NCBI GenBank assembly: GCA_965203485.1
Contig: OZ241892.1
Coordinates: 1,216,001 to 1,280,000 of the forward strand
DNA: 64,000 nt
Reading direction: 5' to 3'
Origin: Longimicrobiales bacterium
GTDB taxonomy: Bacteria; Gemmatimonadota; Gemmatimonadetes; Longimicrobiales; Gaopeijiaceae
Of the stretch, positions 1 through 8,682 are shown in pieces (positions within the stretch are counted from its first letter, which is position 1; each line of letters begins with the position of its first letter). The notes below the pieces were generated by a model. The model did not search any database and had not been told where the DNA came from. It saw nothing but the letters and a program-made list of their open reading frames with translations. Both the position numbers and the translations under genes were made by a program.

Positions 1-16
1 TCCGCCTCGTGGGCCC

Positions 17-45
17 TTTACGGATCGTGCCGGATCGGCTACGCT
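17..45 (+). promoter_or_regulatory. Putative sigma70 promoter of tRNA-Leu
   Basis: TTTACG (17-22), 17-nt spacer, TACGCT (40-45), 9 nt before the tRNA 5' end. Confidence 0.5.
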
Positions 46-54
46 ACGTATCCA

Positions 55-138
55 GCCGAGGTGGCGGAACCGGTAGACGCGAAGGTCTCAAAAACCTTTG
101 TCCTTGCGGGCGTGAGGGTTCGAATCCCTCCCTCGGCA
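55..138 (+). tRNA. tRNA-Leu(CAA)
   Basis: Acceptor stem GCCGAGG/CCTCGGC, D-loop GG, anticodon arm AAGGT-CTCAAAA-ACCTT, long variable arm, T-arm GAGGG-TTCGAAT-CCCTC, discriminator A; CCA not encoded. Confidence 0.97.
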
Positions 139-140
139 TT

Positions 141-168
141 CGGTGGTGGGCGGCCACCGCGTTCTTCG
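141..168. terminator. Possible terminator hairpin between tRNA and convergent propeller gene
   Basis: CGGTGG (141-146) / CCACCG (154-159) stem followed by a weak T-containing tract. Confidence 0.3.
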
Positions 169-183
169 ATGCGAGGGCGAAGG

Positions 184-1242
184 TCACGTCCCGCTCCGGA
201 GGCGGGCTACGATCCATTGGTTCGGTTCCATGTGGTCGGGGTTTTGGAAATAGAACAAATCATTGCCGACGACGTGGAGTTGCGGCGTGTTGCTCAACAG
301 CGCTTTGGCATTCCCTTCCCGATCAATTATTGCCAGGTAATATGTGAATTCCTGCGTTTCCCATTCCATGGTCTGTATCCGAACTGCAAAATCTCCGTCT
401 TCCAGAAACCAAAATGAGGCGATCTCCCAAAGCATCGAGGGATCGCGCGTGTCCACTTGCTTGCTCATCGGAATCGGGATCGACCCAACCGGGGAGCCAT
501 CCAGAGCAAACATGTAGATGCTGTCCGAGAGAGACGATGTCGCCCAAATCGTGTCCCTTGCCACCTTGGCATCTGCATACGCGCTGCGCCACCAAGGAGC
601 GACGGGCTCGGGGTACGCGGGGTCAAAAAAAGAACTTTCTACATCCCGAGTCACGGGGTTCCATACATGCAAAAGAGGCCGCGAGCTATCCGACGACTCC
701 GACGAGAAGTCATCTCCGACCACAAGTTTCCGTCCCTCGTCCAAGTCCCACTGGTCTGTGACCAAGAACGGGACTTCGACGACTGTGGGCTCGGTTCCGG
801 CAACCAAGTCGAAAGTGGTCGCTCTCGATGAAGTCAGGTCAAGCACAACGATCCGCCCTGCTCGGTCGCGCCGGGCCATCACCGGACCCGTGAACTCCCC
901 AGGCCCGCTTCCCCTGCGTCCCCCTGCCCATAACAGCTCGCCGCTCGTCGCGTACACGCGTGCTTGGAAGGCGTACATGTCGCTCATCACCAAGTGCTCG
1001 CCGTCGAACGTGACGGAAGGATTTGCAATGATCACGTCGTCCCTTTCCTCCAAGGCCATCGTGTCCACGACTTCGAAGACGTCGGAGAACGCCGCGGCTG
1101 CGCCTGCCTCCGCCGCAAACGGAAACGACGGCGGCAGGCCGTCTGCGCACGCCCCTTGAGCCGCCGCAGCAAGGAAAAGCCATGGACAGAGAAGACTCCG
1201 ACTTGGGGAACTCCGCTCCGTCGCGTCGCTATGCTCGGTCAT
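184..1242 (-). CDS. 6-bladed beta-propeller (TolB-like/DUF5128-like) probable lipoprotein
   Basis: 352 aa; hydrophobic N-terminus ending in AQGA-C; GRRGSGPGEF motif typical of this propeller family; GAGGA SD upstream. Confidence 0.8.
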   Translation of the reverse strand: MTEHSDATERSSPSRSLLCPWLFLAAAAQGACADGLPPSFPFAAEAGAAAAFSDVFEVVDTMALEERDDVIIANPSVTFDGEHLVMSDMYAFQARVYATSGELLWAGGRRGSGPGEFTGPVMARRDRAGRIVVLDLTSSRATTFDLVAGTEPTVVEVPFLVTDQWDLDEGRKLVVGDDFSSESSDSSRPLLHVWNPVTRDVESSFFDPAYPEPVAPWWRSAYADAKVARDTIWATSSLSDSIYMFALDGSPVGSIPIPMSKQVDTRDPSMLWEIASFWFLEDGDFAVRIQTMEWETQEFTYYLAIIDREGNAKALLSNTPQLHVVGNDLFYFQNPDHMEPNQWIVARLRSGT

Positions 1243-1294
1243 CGTCCTCGCTCCTCATGTAGTTGGAAGACAGTCGTACTCTTGCCAAGCTAGG

Positions 1295-1328
1295 GGGCCG
1301 GCCGCCCATGACGCAAGGCGGCCGACCC
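1295..1328. terminator. Intergenic hairpin between peptide and propeller genes
   Basis: GGG-c-CGGCCGCC / GGCGGCCG-a-CCC inverted repeat, 10-nt loop; no clear U-tract. Confidence 0.35.
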
Positions 1329-1340
1329 ACCGAGCGTTCT

Positions 1341-1565
1341 TCACTCGAAGACGATAATGTTGCAACAGATCGTCGGTTCGAATGGCTTTGGATTGCAGCG
1401 CCTCGGCGTGCAGAGGACGCCGCCTTTGACCTCGTAGCCCCAACGCAGGTCGGCCGTGGCCTCCAGCCTGGTCTCCGCCGGCCCCTCCAGAGGCGTGACG
1501 GGCGCGGCGACGAGGCACGACACGGCCAGTGCCAGCGCGACCCCCAGCTTCTTGATGGACTTCAT
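1341..1565 (-). CDS. Small secreted cysteine-rich peptide (74 aa)
   Basis: SD GAGAGGGG upstream; signal peptide MKSIKKLGVALALAVSCLVAA; C-terminal C-x4-C-x9-CC; co-oriented with propeller gene. Confidence 0.75.
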   Translation of the reverse strand: MKSIKKLGVALALAVSCLVAAPVTPLEGPAETRLEATADLRWGYEVKGGVLCTPRRCNPKPFEPTICCNIIVFE

Positions 1566-1728
1566 GGCACACCCCTCTCGGAATGAAGGAACGAAGCCGC
1601 GGCAGGAACCATCTCTTCCCGCCCGACTACTTCCTAGATACCACGACAGGTCGATTTGGTTTCATCTGGACGTTGCCGCCAGTGCGCAACGGTCGGCCGA
1701 CCTACGCCTACGCAACGGTTACCGCACG

Positions 1729-2118
1729 GGTTCTTCCCCCGTTTCGCTGGGCGCCGTAGGATGGACGAGGGGGGACGGCGTGACTCTTGGAGCGAGGAGA
1801 GCGGATGGATATGCGGGAGTGAGTGGAACGGCTGATGGGTCTGGGGCTGGAGTGGCGGATCGAGCGGGTGGACGAGGATTCGGAGCGCTGGAAGGCGCAA
1901 GACGGCGTTCGACCGGTTTCACGTGGCCAGCCGCATCCAAGCGATCAAGGCCCGGTGTCGCGGCTTCCGCAACCAGGACCGCTTCGCCGCCGCCATTCTC
2001 TTCCACCTCGGCGGCCTCGACCTCTTGACCGCGCCCCGCCCAGCGCTAACCGCCGTGTCCCGTGCCATCCCCGCTTGTTCCGATTCCGTGTCTTCCCCGC
2101 CACATCAGGCGAAGAGCC
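1729..2118 (+). mobile_element. Internally deleted ISL3-family IS remnant (non-autonomous)
   Basis: Ends GGTTCTTC (1729) and GAAGAGCC (2111-2118; reverse complement GGCTCTTC) resemble ISL3 IRs; N-terminal fragment MDMRE*VERLMGLGLEWRIERV with in-frame stop and, in another frame, ISL3 C-terminus SRIQAIKARCRGFRNQDRFAAAILFHLGGLDL. Confidence 0.8.
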
Positions 2119-2335
2119 CAAATACTTGTCGCGATGCCTGCCCTCTTGGACAAGTTGGCCGTAGTCGTCGGCGCAATGGCAGAGGGCCATCCTTCTCGTG
2201 CTCTCCGGCTCGGATGAATCGGCATGGGCACAGTACGCCGCGGAGTGTGCTCTGGCCCCCTGGAAGCCATTTTGTGGGCGGACGGACCCACAGTGGGCGA
2301 CGGAACGGGCATCATTGCGGCTGTTGAGGCACGAG

Positions 2336-3784
2336 CTACCCGCCCGCCGCGGGCTCCACCGCCTTCAACACCTCGCGCGTCAGATCCCAGCGGTTGAAGC
2401 CCTGGCGGCCGTAGTCCAAGCCGCGGCGGACGATGACGAGGTCGTGGGTCGGCACGACGACGACGTACTGGCCCCGGTTGCCCGCCGTGGAGTAGGCGTC
2501 GGCGGGCACGTCGTCGCGGTCGGCGGGGACGAGCCACCATTGGCCGCCGTAGAAGGCGCCCCGGTCGGCGGTGGACGGGGCGGGTGCGCGGGCGAAGTCG
2601 ATCCATTCTTCCGAGAGGATTCGCTCGCCGTTCCAGAGGCCGCCGTTCAGGTAGAGCAGGCCGAAACGGGCCAAGTCGCGGGCGTTGGTGTAGACTTGGC
2701 TGCTCAAGATGAAGTCGCCGAAGCGGTCCACGCTGAGCAGCGTGTTGCGCATTCCGATGCGATCCAGCAACGCCGTCCGAGGGAAGGCGAGGTAGTCGCC
2801 GCCGAGCGCCAGCTTCATGGCGTAGACGCCGAGCAGGGTATCGTAGTTCTCGTAGTCCCAGTTGGTTCCGGGCTCGCGGATCAAGGCGCGGTGGCGCGCA
2901 CCGGCCACCGAGCTGGCGCCCGCCCAGTACGACAGGCCCGAACCCGTGGCGTACTCCATTCGCCGGTTGTCCACGGGGTAGAGCCCGCTGGACATGTTGA
3001 GGACGTGGCGCAGCGTGATCGCGGAGCGCGGGTCCGCTTGCGGCGCCGAGGCTCGGGGAAGCCAGTCGAAGCCCAGCGGAGCGTCCAAGTCGAGCCGGCC
3101 CTGGTCCGCGAGAATGCCGATCAGGGTCACCGCGATGCTCTTGGCGGTCGACCACGTGCGGGTGCGGGTCGCCATGTCGGCGCCCGGCCCGTAGCGCTCG
3201 TGGACGATCCGCCCGTCGTGGATTACCAGGAGGCTCAGCGTCACCTGTTCCGGGGACTCCCGGTCGAACGCCCAGTCGGACGCGGCCTGGAGGGCTGCTC
3301 CGTCCACGGCCGCCGGGAGCGGCGCGTCGTCCACGAGGTCGCCGTCGGGCCACGGGATCGCGGCCGGATCGCCCGGCGGCGGCGGCATCACCAGCTCGGG
3401 CAGGCTCTCGATGTCGTCCCAGGTCTGGTCGGGCGCCATGATCACGCATCCGAGCCCCTCCCTGAACGCGGCTCGCATGACGGGCACGTACCCCGGCGCG
3501 CCGATGGCGACGGCCCGCCTGTCCCAATCGACCTCGTAGTCGCCGCCCGCCGCCGTGCCCACGGGCGTGCCCACTCCACCCCGTATGTACGCAATCTCCT
3601 GCTCGAACACCTGCTCCAGCGACCGGCCGGACGTGAAGAGTCCGTTGCAGAGGAAGACCGCCTGCATTCCGCGGGCGATCATCTCGCGGTTGAAGCCCCA
3701 GTAGTCGTAGGACTCCTGGCGCTGTGCCTGGGCGGCGAGCGGGAGGATGGCCAGAGCGGCCGTCAAGACGCGAAAGGGCTTCAT
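2336..3784 (-). CDS. Secreted serine hydrolase (beta-lactamase class C-like family)
   Basis: Signal peptide; SxxK (STAK), LRHVLNMSSGL, YEN, ARDLARFGLLYL motifs. Confidence 0.9.
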   Translation of the reverse strand: MKPFRVLTAALAILPLAAQAQRQESYDYWGFNREMIARGMQAVFLCNGLFTSGRSLEQVFEQEIAYIRGGVGTPVGTAAGGDYEVDWDRRAVAIGAPGYVPVMRAAFREGLGCVIMAPDQTWDDIESLPELVMPPPPGDPAAIPWPDGDLVDDAPLPAAVDGAALQAASDWAFDRESPEQVTLSLLVIHDGRIVHERYGPGADMATRTRTWSTAKSIAVTLIGILADQGRLDLDAPLGFDWLPRASAPQADPRSAITLRHVLNMSSGLYPVDNRRMEYATGSGLSYWAGASSVAGARHRALIREPGTNWDYENYDTLLGVYAMKLALGGDYLAFPRTALLDRIGMRNTLLSVDRFGDFILSSQVYTNARDLARFGLLYLNGGLWNGERILSEEWIDFARAPAPSTADRGAFYGGQWWLVPADRDDVPADAYSTAGNRGQYVVVVPTHDLVIVRRGLDYGRQGFNRWDLTREVLKAVEPAAGG

Positions 3785-4250
3785 GGTCGGCGAGGTCTGT
3801 TTCGAGTGGTTCCGGCGTGCGGCGGAAGGGCGCTTCGCGGCCCGAACCGGTCCGAATCGGGGCGATGGGAGACCGCGTGGCGCCCGGCCATCCTATCGCT
3901 CTGGGCGGCGAACGGGCAAGCGCGTGGGACGGGGTTTGGAGCGTGTCGTCGGGGCCTGCCCTTGTGGGCACGGGCCGAGGCCCCGAGGCCCGGCAGCGCC
4001 AGAGGATCTGGTCGCGGAGGCGTGCCGCCGGACATGCGTGCCCCACGGGCCGCGAGGGGACGGCTCCGGCCGCAAGACGGGCCGCGAGCATGTCTCGATG
4101 GGCCGGTTGGGCCGCGACCGGCGGCTCGCGTCGTCGCGGACCGGGCGGATTGGCTAGCTTTACGCGAGTCGCGGTGCGCCAGTGGGTGGAGGAGCCTCGC
4201 GAGGTATGGGAGGGAGGAATCCGTCTGCTTTCGGGAGTAGAGAGAGAGTC

Positions 4251-4706
4251 ATGAGCATGAAGAAGCTGTCCGCGGTTCTGGTGGCCCTTGGCATGTCGGC
4301 CGCGCTCTGGCCGGCGGAGCGGACGCCGGGAAGCCCGGAGATGCGCGTCTACAAGTCGCCAACGTGCGGATGTTGCGCCAAGTGGGTGGAGCACATGCGC
4401 GCCGCCGGGTTCGACGTCGTGGTCGAAGACGTGTCGGACATGCGGGAGGTCAAGCGTCGCGAGGGCGTGCCGGCCGACTTGGCGTCGTGCCACACTGCGG
4501 TCGTCGAAGGGTACGTCGTCGAGGGCCACGTGCCTGCGCGGGTCGTCCGAGCCTTCCTCGAGGCGGAGGGCTCGGCGAAGGGAATTGCCGTTCCGGGGAT
4601 GCCCATCGGCTCGCCTGGGATGGAAGGGCCGAACCCGCAGCCCTACGATGTCGTCGCCTTCGACGAGGCCGGCGCCCGCACCGTCTTCGAACGCATCGGG
4701 CGGTAG
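4251..4706 (+). CDS. DUF411 (CopG-like) periplasmic metal-binding protein
   Basis: Signal peptide; YKSPTCGCC..W..H, SCHTA, EGHVP, PGMPIGSPGME motifs. Confidence 0.92.
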   Translation: MSMKKLSAVLVALGMSAALWPAERTPGSPEMRVYKSPTCGCCAKWVEHMRAAGFDVVVEDVSDMREVKRREGVPADLASCHTAVVEGYVVEGHVPARVVRAFLEAEGSAKGIAVPGMPIGSPGMEGPNPQPYDVVAFDEAGARTVFERIGR

Positions 4707-4732
4707 CCGCGAGCCGCTGGCGCGCGCCCCGT

Positions 4733-4895
4733 CCGCCTCGTCTGCCCGGCGCGAGCCTTCGAGGGCGGCTCTGTCGGAGCGGGCGCCGATGGGGCGGGCG
4801 CCCGCCTCGTCTGCCCGGACGATGCCTTCGAGGGGGCGACTTCTCGCAACCGGGTTGCCGCGGCGGCGTCCGCCTCGTCCGCCGCGCCTCGAGCC
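4733..4895 (+). repeat. Three degenerate ~33-bp direct repeats with 35-36-bp unique spacers
   Basis: CCGCCTCGTCTGCCCGG-N5-GCCTTCGAGGG at 4733 and 4802; degenerate third copy at 4870. Confidence 0.6.
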
Positions 4896-5069
4896 GACGC
4901 GCGGCCGTAAGCGCAGGCTCGCTGTCCGCCGCCCGCCCCGCGAACCGACCAAGACGGGACTGTCGAAGCCCGCCGCGGCGTGGTAGCTTTCGAGGCTCGA
5001 TTGCGCATCCCGCCGTGCGCGTTTTTCGCCGCCCACCTTGACGCGCCCGTTCGCCTCGCCGCCCCCAAA

Positions 5070-6371
5070 ATGCCCGCTACCGACGCTAGAAGCACGCTTT
5101 CCATCACCGACAACCGCACGGGCAAGCAGTACGAGGTGGACGTGCTCGAGGGCGACGTCGTGCGCGCCATGGACCTGCGGCAAATCAAGGTCGCCGCCGA
5201 GGACTTCGGCATGATGGCCTACGACCCCGGCTTCACCAACACGGCTTTCACCACCAGCCGCGTCACGGATGTGGACGGCGGGCGGGGGCTCCTGGAGTAC
5301 CGGGGCTACCCCATCGAGCAGCTGGCCGAGCGCTCGACGTTCTTGGAGGTCGCCCACCTGCTCCTGAAGGGCGAGCTCCCGGCGCAAGCCGAGCTGGACG
5401 ACTTCGTGCGCCAGATCACCTACCACACCTACGTGCACGAGAACGTCCTGACACTGCTCAAGGGCTTTCGCTACGACGCGCACGCGATGGGGATGATGAT
5501 CTCGCTGGTCGCCGCCCTGTCCACGTTCTACCCCGAGGCCAAGAGCGTGGACGACCCGGAGAGCCGCTGGGCGCAGATCGTCCGCTTGGTGGCCAAGATG
5601 CCCACGCTGGCCGCGCTCACCTACAGGCACCATCGCGGGCTGCCCTACGTCTACCCCGAGAACGAACTCTCCTACGCCGCCAACTTCCTGGCCATGCTCT
5701 TCCGCATCGGCGGGCGCGACTACCGCCCGAATCCGGTGCTGGAGCGCGCCCTGGACGTCCTCTTCATCCTGCACGCGGACCACGAGCAGAACTGCTCGAC
5801 CACGGCGATGCGCGTCATCGGCAGCTCCGGCACCGATCCGTTCTCGGCCATGGCCGGCGCGATGGCGGCGCTTTACGGTCCCCTGCACGGCGGCGCCAAC
5901 GAGGCCGTGCTGCGCATGCTGTCCGAGATCGGCAACACGGACAACATCCCCGCCTTCATGGAGAGCGTCCGCAAGGGCGAGCGCCGCCTCATGGGGTTCG
6001 GCCACCGCGTCTACAAGGCGTACGATCCGCGGGCGTCGATCATCAAGCGCACCGCCGAGGACGTCTTCGCCGTCACCGGCCGCAATCCGCTCCTGGACGT
6101 GGCCCTCGAACTCGAGAAGATCGCGCTTCAGGAGGAGTACTTCGTCGAGCGGCGCCTCTACCCCAACGTGGACTTCTACTCGGGCCTCATCTACCAGGCG
6201 ATGGGCTTTCCAGTCGAGCTCTTCCCGGTGCTCTTCGCGATTCCGCGCACGGTGGGCTGGCTCGCCCAATGGCAGGAGATGGTCCAGGATCCCGAGCAGC
6301 GGATCGCGCGGCCCAGGCAGGTCTTCAAGGGGAAGTCGTCGCGGGACTACGTCGCGGCCGAGTCGCGGTGA
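5070..6371 (+). CDS. gltA: Citrate synthase
   Basis: YDPGF, LEYRGYPIEQLA, HADHEQNCST, GPLHGGANE, LMGFGHRVYK, YPNVDFYSG. Confidence 0.98.
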   Translation: MPATDARSTLSITDNRTGKQYEVDVLEGDVVRAMDLRQIKVAAEDFGMMAYDPGFTNTAFTTSRVTDVDGGRGLLEYRGYPIEQLAERSTFLEVAHLLLKGELPAQAELDDFVRQITYHTYVHENVLTLLKGFRYDAHAMGMMISLVAALSTFYPEAKSVDDPESRWAQIVRLVAKMPTLAALTYRHHRGLPYVYPENELSYAANFLAMLFRIGGRDYRPNPVLERALDVLFILHADHEQNCSTTAMRVIGSSGTDPFSAMAGAMAALYGPLHGGANEAVLRMLSEIGNTDNIPAFMESVRKGERRLMGFGHRVYKAYDPRASIIKRTAEDVFAVTGRNPLLDVALELEKIALQEEYFVERRLYPNVDFYSGLIYQAMGFPVELFPVLFAIPRTVGWLAQWQEMVQDPEQRIARPRQVFKGKSSRDYVAAESR

Positions 6372-6847
6372 GGACGGCGAAGCGCCGCGTCGGACCGACT
6401 GGGCGCCCGTCGGTCCCGGCGGCAACCGGCCGCGCGACCGTCTTGCCGGCGACGACGGCGAAGCCCGGCTTGCCCACGCGGACCAGCGCGGCCGCGCTTC
6501 TTCTGGCGGCTCTCGGCCCGGCGCTTCTTGGCGCCTGCGCATGGGGCGGCACCGGGTTTCGTCCACCCGGCGAGGCGTCCGCGGGGTACGAAGAGATAGA
6601 GATCTTGGTGCGCAACGCCAACTTCAACCAGGTTACCGTGTACACCGTTCGCAGCGGCGCGCAACGGCGGCTCGGGATAGTCGCGGGGAAGGACGAGGCC
6701 GTCTTCAAGACCGACTGGAACTATCCGGACCTTCAGTTGCGCGTGAAGTTCCTGGCCGGGCCGGACTACTTCACGGAAACGTTGCCGGTGAGTCCCGGCG
6801 AGAGGCTCGAGCTGACCATTCCGGCGCGGTCCCAGTCCGCATCTTGA
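6368..6847 (+). CDS. Hypothetical small lipoprotein
   Basis: GTGA overlap with gltA stop; lipobox LLGA-C; beta-rich mature part; start uncertain. Confidence 0.65.
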   Translation: MRTAKRRVGPTGRPSVPAATGRATVLPATTAKPGLPTRTSAAALLLAALGPALLGACAWGGTGFRPPGEASAGYEEIEILVRNANFNQVTVYTVRSGAQRRLGIVAGKDEAVFKTDWNYPDLQLRVKFLAGPDYFTETLPVSPGERLELTIPARSQSAS

Positions 6848-6952
6848 CGCTCCGTCCGGGGGGAGGGGCTTCGGCCCGCCTCGCCCGCGCGGACTCCGCG
6901 CCGTGATCCGGTTTTCGCGACTGGGCCTGGGCCAGCCGGCGTTCCCGTCCAC

Positions 6953-8311
6953 ATGGCCCGGCAAGGCGGCCGCGCCGTGATCCCGCAACGCGTGATCGCC
7001 GCCAAGCGGGCCGGCGAGCCGGTGGCTCCGGACGCGTTGCGGCAGTTCCTGGCCGACTACTTGAGCGGGCGCGTCGAGGACAGCCAGATGGCCGCCTTCT
7101 TGATGGCCGTCTGCTTCAACGGGCTCTCGGACGACGAGCTCGCCGTGCTCGTGGACGCTATGATCGGCTCCGGCGAGGTGCTGGACCGCGCCGCCGGTCC
7201 GCCGGGCCCGCGAGTGGACAAGCACTCGACCGGCGGGGTCGGCGACAAGATTTCTCTCGCGCTCGCGCCGCTGGCGGCCGAGATGGGGCTGGTCGTCCCG
7301 ATGATCTCCGGTCGCGGGTTGGGCCACACCGGCGGCACGCTGGACAAGTTGGAGGCCATCCCGGGCTTCGAGACGCGGTTGCCGCTCGACCGATTCCACC
7401 GCATCCTCCGCGAGACGGGGTGCGCGATGATCGGCCAGACGCGCGAGATCGCTCCGCTGGACCGCAAGCTCTACGCGCTCCGCGACGTCACCGCGACGGT
7501 GGCCTCGCGGCCGCTGATCACCGCGTCCATCATGTCGAAGAAGCTGGCCGAGACGCTGGACGGCTTGGTGCTGGACGTGAAGGTCGGCTCCGGCGCGTTC
7601 CTGCCGTCGGCGGGGGAAGCCCGCGAACTCGCGCGCGCGATGGTCGCGGTCGGCACGGTCCGGGGCTTGGGCGCGGCGGCCGTGCTGTCGGCGATGGACC
7701 GGCCGCTCGGCCGGGCGATAGGGCACGGGCTCGAGGTGGCCGAGGCGGTGGCCTGCCTGTCGGGCGGCGGTCCGGCGGACCTTCGCGAGCTGACGGTGGA
7801 GCTGGCGGCGGAAATGGCCTTGGCCGGGGGCGTGGCGCAGTCGCTGGAGGCTGCGCGACGGGCCGCGGTCGCGGCGTTGGATTCCGGCAGGGCGCTGGAA
7901 CGGTTCGGCCGAATGGTGCGCGCGCACGGGGGCGATGCCGGGCGCGCGGAGTCCGGGCAGCTGCCCGCGGCGCCGCTTCGCAGGGCGGTTCCGGCGCCGC
8001 GTTCGGGCGCGGTGGCGGCGATGGATCCCCGCGAACTGGGCTACGCGCTGGTTGGACTGGGCGGTGGGAGGACGCGCCGGGACCAGCGGATCGACCCGAG
8101 AGTGGGCTTCGAGATGGAGGTCGAGATAGGCCAGGCCGTGTCGGCGGGCGAACCGCTGGCGGTGGTGCACGCCGCCGACGAAGGCCGGTTGGCCGCCGCC
8201 CAGCGGACGGTGGCCGAGGCCGTTCGCGTTGGGGACGAGGCGCCGAAGCCCCTTCCGCTGGTCTTGGAACGGATCCGGGGTTCGTCGCCGGTTGCCGCAG
8301 GGCGCGCGTGA
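6953..8311 (+). CDS. deoA: Thymidine/pyrimidine-nucleoside phosphorylase
   Basis: VDKHSTGGVGDK, SGRGLGHTGGTLDKLE, LYALRDVTATV, SIMSKKLAE, DVKVGSGAF. Confidence 0.95.
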   Translation: MARQGGRAVIPQRVIAAKRAGEPVAPDALRQFLADYLSGRVEDSQMAAFLMAVCFNGLSDDELAVLVDAMIGSGEVLDRAAGPPGPRVDKHSTGGVGDKISLALAPLAAEMGLVVPMISGRGLGHTGGTLDKLEAIPGFETRLPLDRFHRILRETGCAMIGQTREIAPLDRKLYALRDVTATVASRPLITASIMSKKLAETLDGLVLDVKVGSGAFLPSAGEARELARAMVAVGTVRGLGAAAVLSAMDRPLGRAIGHGLEVAEAVACLSGGGPADLRELTVELAAEMALAGGVAQSLEAARRAAVAALDSGRALERFGRMVRAHGGDAGRAESGQLPAAPLRRAVPAPRSGAVAAMDPRELGYALVGLGGGRTRRDQRIDPRVGFEMEVEIGQAVSAGEPLAVVHAADEGRLAAAQRTVAEAVRVGDEAPKPLPLVLERIRGSSPVAAGRA

Positions 8312-8430
8312 ACGCATGTCGCGGGCGAGATGCCGGGCGGATCAACCGCGCGCCGGCGCACCAGGAGTCGAGTGGTCGCGGCGAGACGGCTCGTCGGCCG
8401 TCAGGAGCCTCCGCGGCCCGGAGGCGGCCG

Positions 8431-8682
8431 CTACTCGCCGCTGGAGAACATCTCGTAGACGATGCCTTCCCGGTCCAGGGCCGCCGCCAGCTCGGGAGCG
8501 CCGGCCGCTTGGATCTTGAGCGCGATTCCGCACTTGGCCTCGGACTGCGGCGGGGCAGGCACTACTTCCGCGGGGATGGACTGCTCGCGGGCGACGTCTT
8601 CCGCCCACATGGCGTGGTGCGTGGTCTTGAAGACGAAGACGCGCGCGCCGGGCTCGGGTGTCGATTGGGGCTGGCCTGTCAT
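8431..8682 (-). CDS. DUF3343 family small protein
   Basis: 83 aa; F.TTHHAM.AE, VVPAP...AKCGIAL pattern; ATGA overlap with PBP1A stop. Confidence 0.8.
   Translation of the reverse strand: MTGQPQSTPEPGARVFVFKTTHHAMWAEDVAREQSIPAEVVPAPPQSEAKCGIALKIQAAGAPELAAALDREGIVYEMFSSGE

Noticed and set aside
9..417. Plus-strand ORFs over the tRNA
   Set aside because: They overlap the tRNA and the antisense of the propeller gene
1341..1565. Classical RiPP cluster (GG at residues 48-49 as a double-glycine leader)
   Set aside because: Leader looks like a Sec or lipoprotein signal; no peptidase-ABC transporter or modifying enzymes nearby
2336..3784. Antibiotic-resistance beta-lactamase
   Set aside because: Motifs fit the broad esterase/amidase serine hydrolase family; nothing specific for beta-lactam hydrolysis
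4733..4895. CRISPR array call
   Set aside because: Only 2-3 non-identical repeats, no leader and no cas genes in the window; kept as an unclassified repeat
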